Shown here: positions 63,457 to 64,000 of the stretch, in pieces
How the letters are laid out: each line of letters begins with the position of its first letter
Position numbering within the stretch: position 1 is the stretch's first letter
Source of the DNA: Leucoraja erinacea
Taxonomy: Eukaryota
NCBI RefSeq assembly: GCF_028641065.1
Contig: NC_073388.1
Span: 20,212,001-20,276,000 of the forward strand
Length of the DNA: 64,000 nucleotides
Direction of reading: 5' to 3'
Made by a program: the position numbers and the translations under genes
The notes under the pieces: model-generated
The model's database searches: none
Seen by the model: only the letters and a program-made list of their open reading frames with translations
What the model was told of the DNA's origin: nothing

Positions 63457-63740
63457 TTTAGACTTCAGAGTTACAGCATGGAAACAGGCCCTTCGGCCCA
63501 CTGAGTATACGCCGTCCACCGATCATCCCATACACTAGAACTATCCTACACACTAGAGACAATTTACATAAGCCAATTAATCTACAAACCTGTACTTCTT
63601 TGGAATGCGGGAGGAAACTTGAGCACCTGGAGAAAACCCACGCAGTCACAGGGAGAAGGTACAGCACCTGTAGTCAGGATCGAACCCTGATCACTGGCGC
63701 TGGAAGGCAGCAACGCTACTGCTGCGCCATCGTGCCACCC
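63457..63740 (-). mobile_element. tRNA-derived SINE
   Basis: Same family. Confidence 0.85.
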
Positions 63741-64000
63741 TATGTTTCACTTAAAAAAAATTATATTCAGCATTCCTTGGACCTCCTGTCCTTATGTTTC
63801 ATCCTAATGGAACACGTTCACCCTGAACTTTCACTGTTTTAATTTTAAAAGATTCCTGCTTCACAAATGTAGATATAATGTAGATTCCTAGCACAAAGAA
63901 TCAAATCCATTTGGCACTTAATACAGAAATTCTCCATATACGAATGACTTTTAAAACTAAACCAACAACCTAAATACTACAATGCAATAAATTCTAAGTG

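Overview
Vertebrate genomic DNA, most likely a cartilaginous fish (skate/ray-type CR1/HER1 LINEs, HE1/V-SINE-like tRNA SINEs; the taxon is inferred). Three + strand protein-coding genes are present. CCNB3 (cyclin B3) is complete, with 11 coding exons at 11875-27866 and about 412 aa, and has a promoter built from a 50-bp tandem repeat carrying 8 CCAAT boxes plus a CHR. MARS2 (mitochondrial MetRS) is complete and contains introns (3 exons, 33405-40981, about 610 aa). RAB33A is represented by its first coding exon (54242-54496). The rest is densely nested transposon DNA: CR1, Rex1/Babar, Penelope, Tc1, pogo-like, hAT-like, Helitron-like, a gypsy gag remnant and a solo LTR. Two observations stand out. 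(1) A very abundant ~130-bp Penelope-derived repeat carries a minimal hammerhead-ribozyme core; it often ends exactly at the core and often forms head-to-head foldbacks. (2) A 17-33-bp palindromic micro-transposon (TIR CAAAGATCCTATAG) with perfect 8-bp TSDs occurs three times, each time in CpG-rich DNA, including the 5' ends of CCNB3 and MARS2. Everything was read by eye, so repeat boundaries are approximate unless a TSD is quoted.
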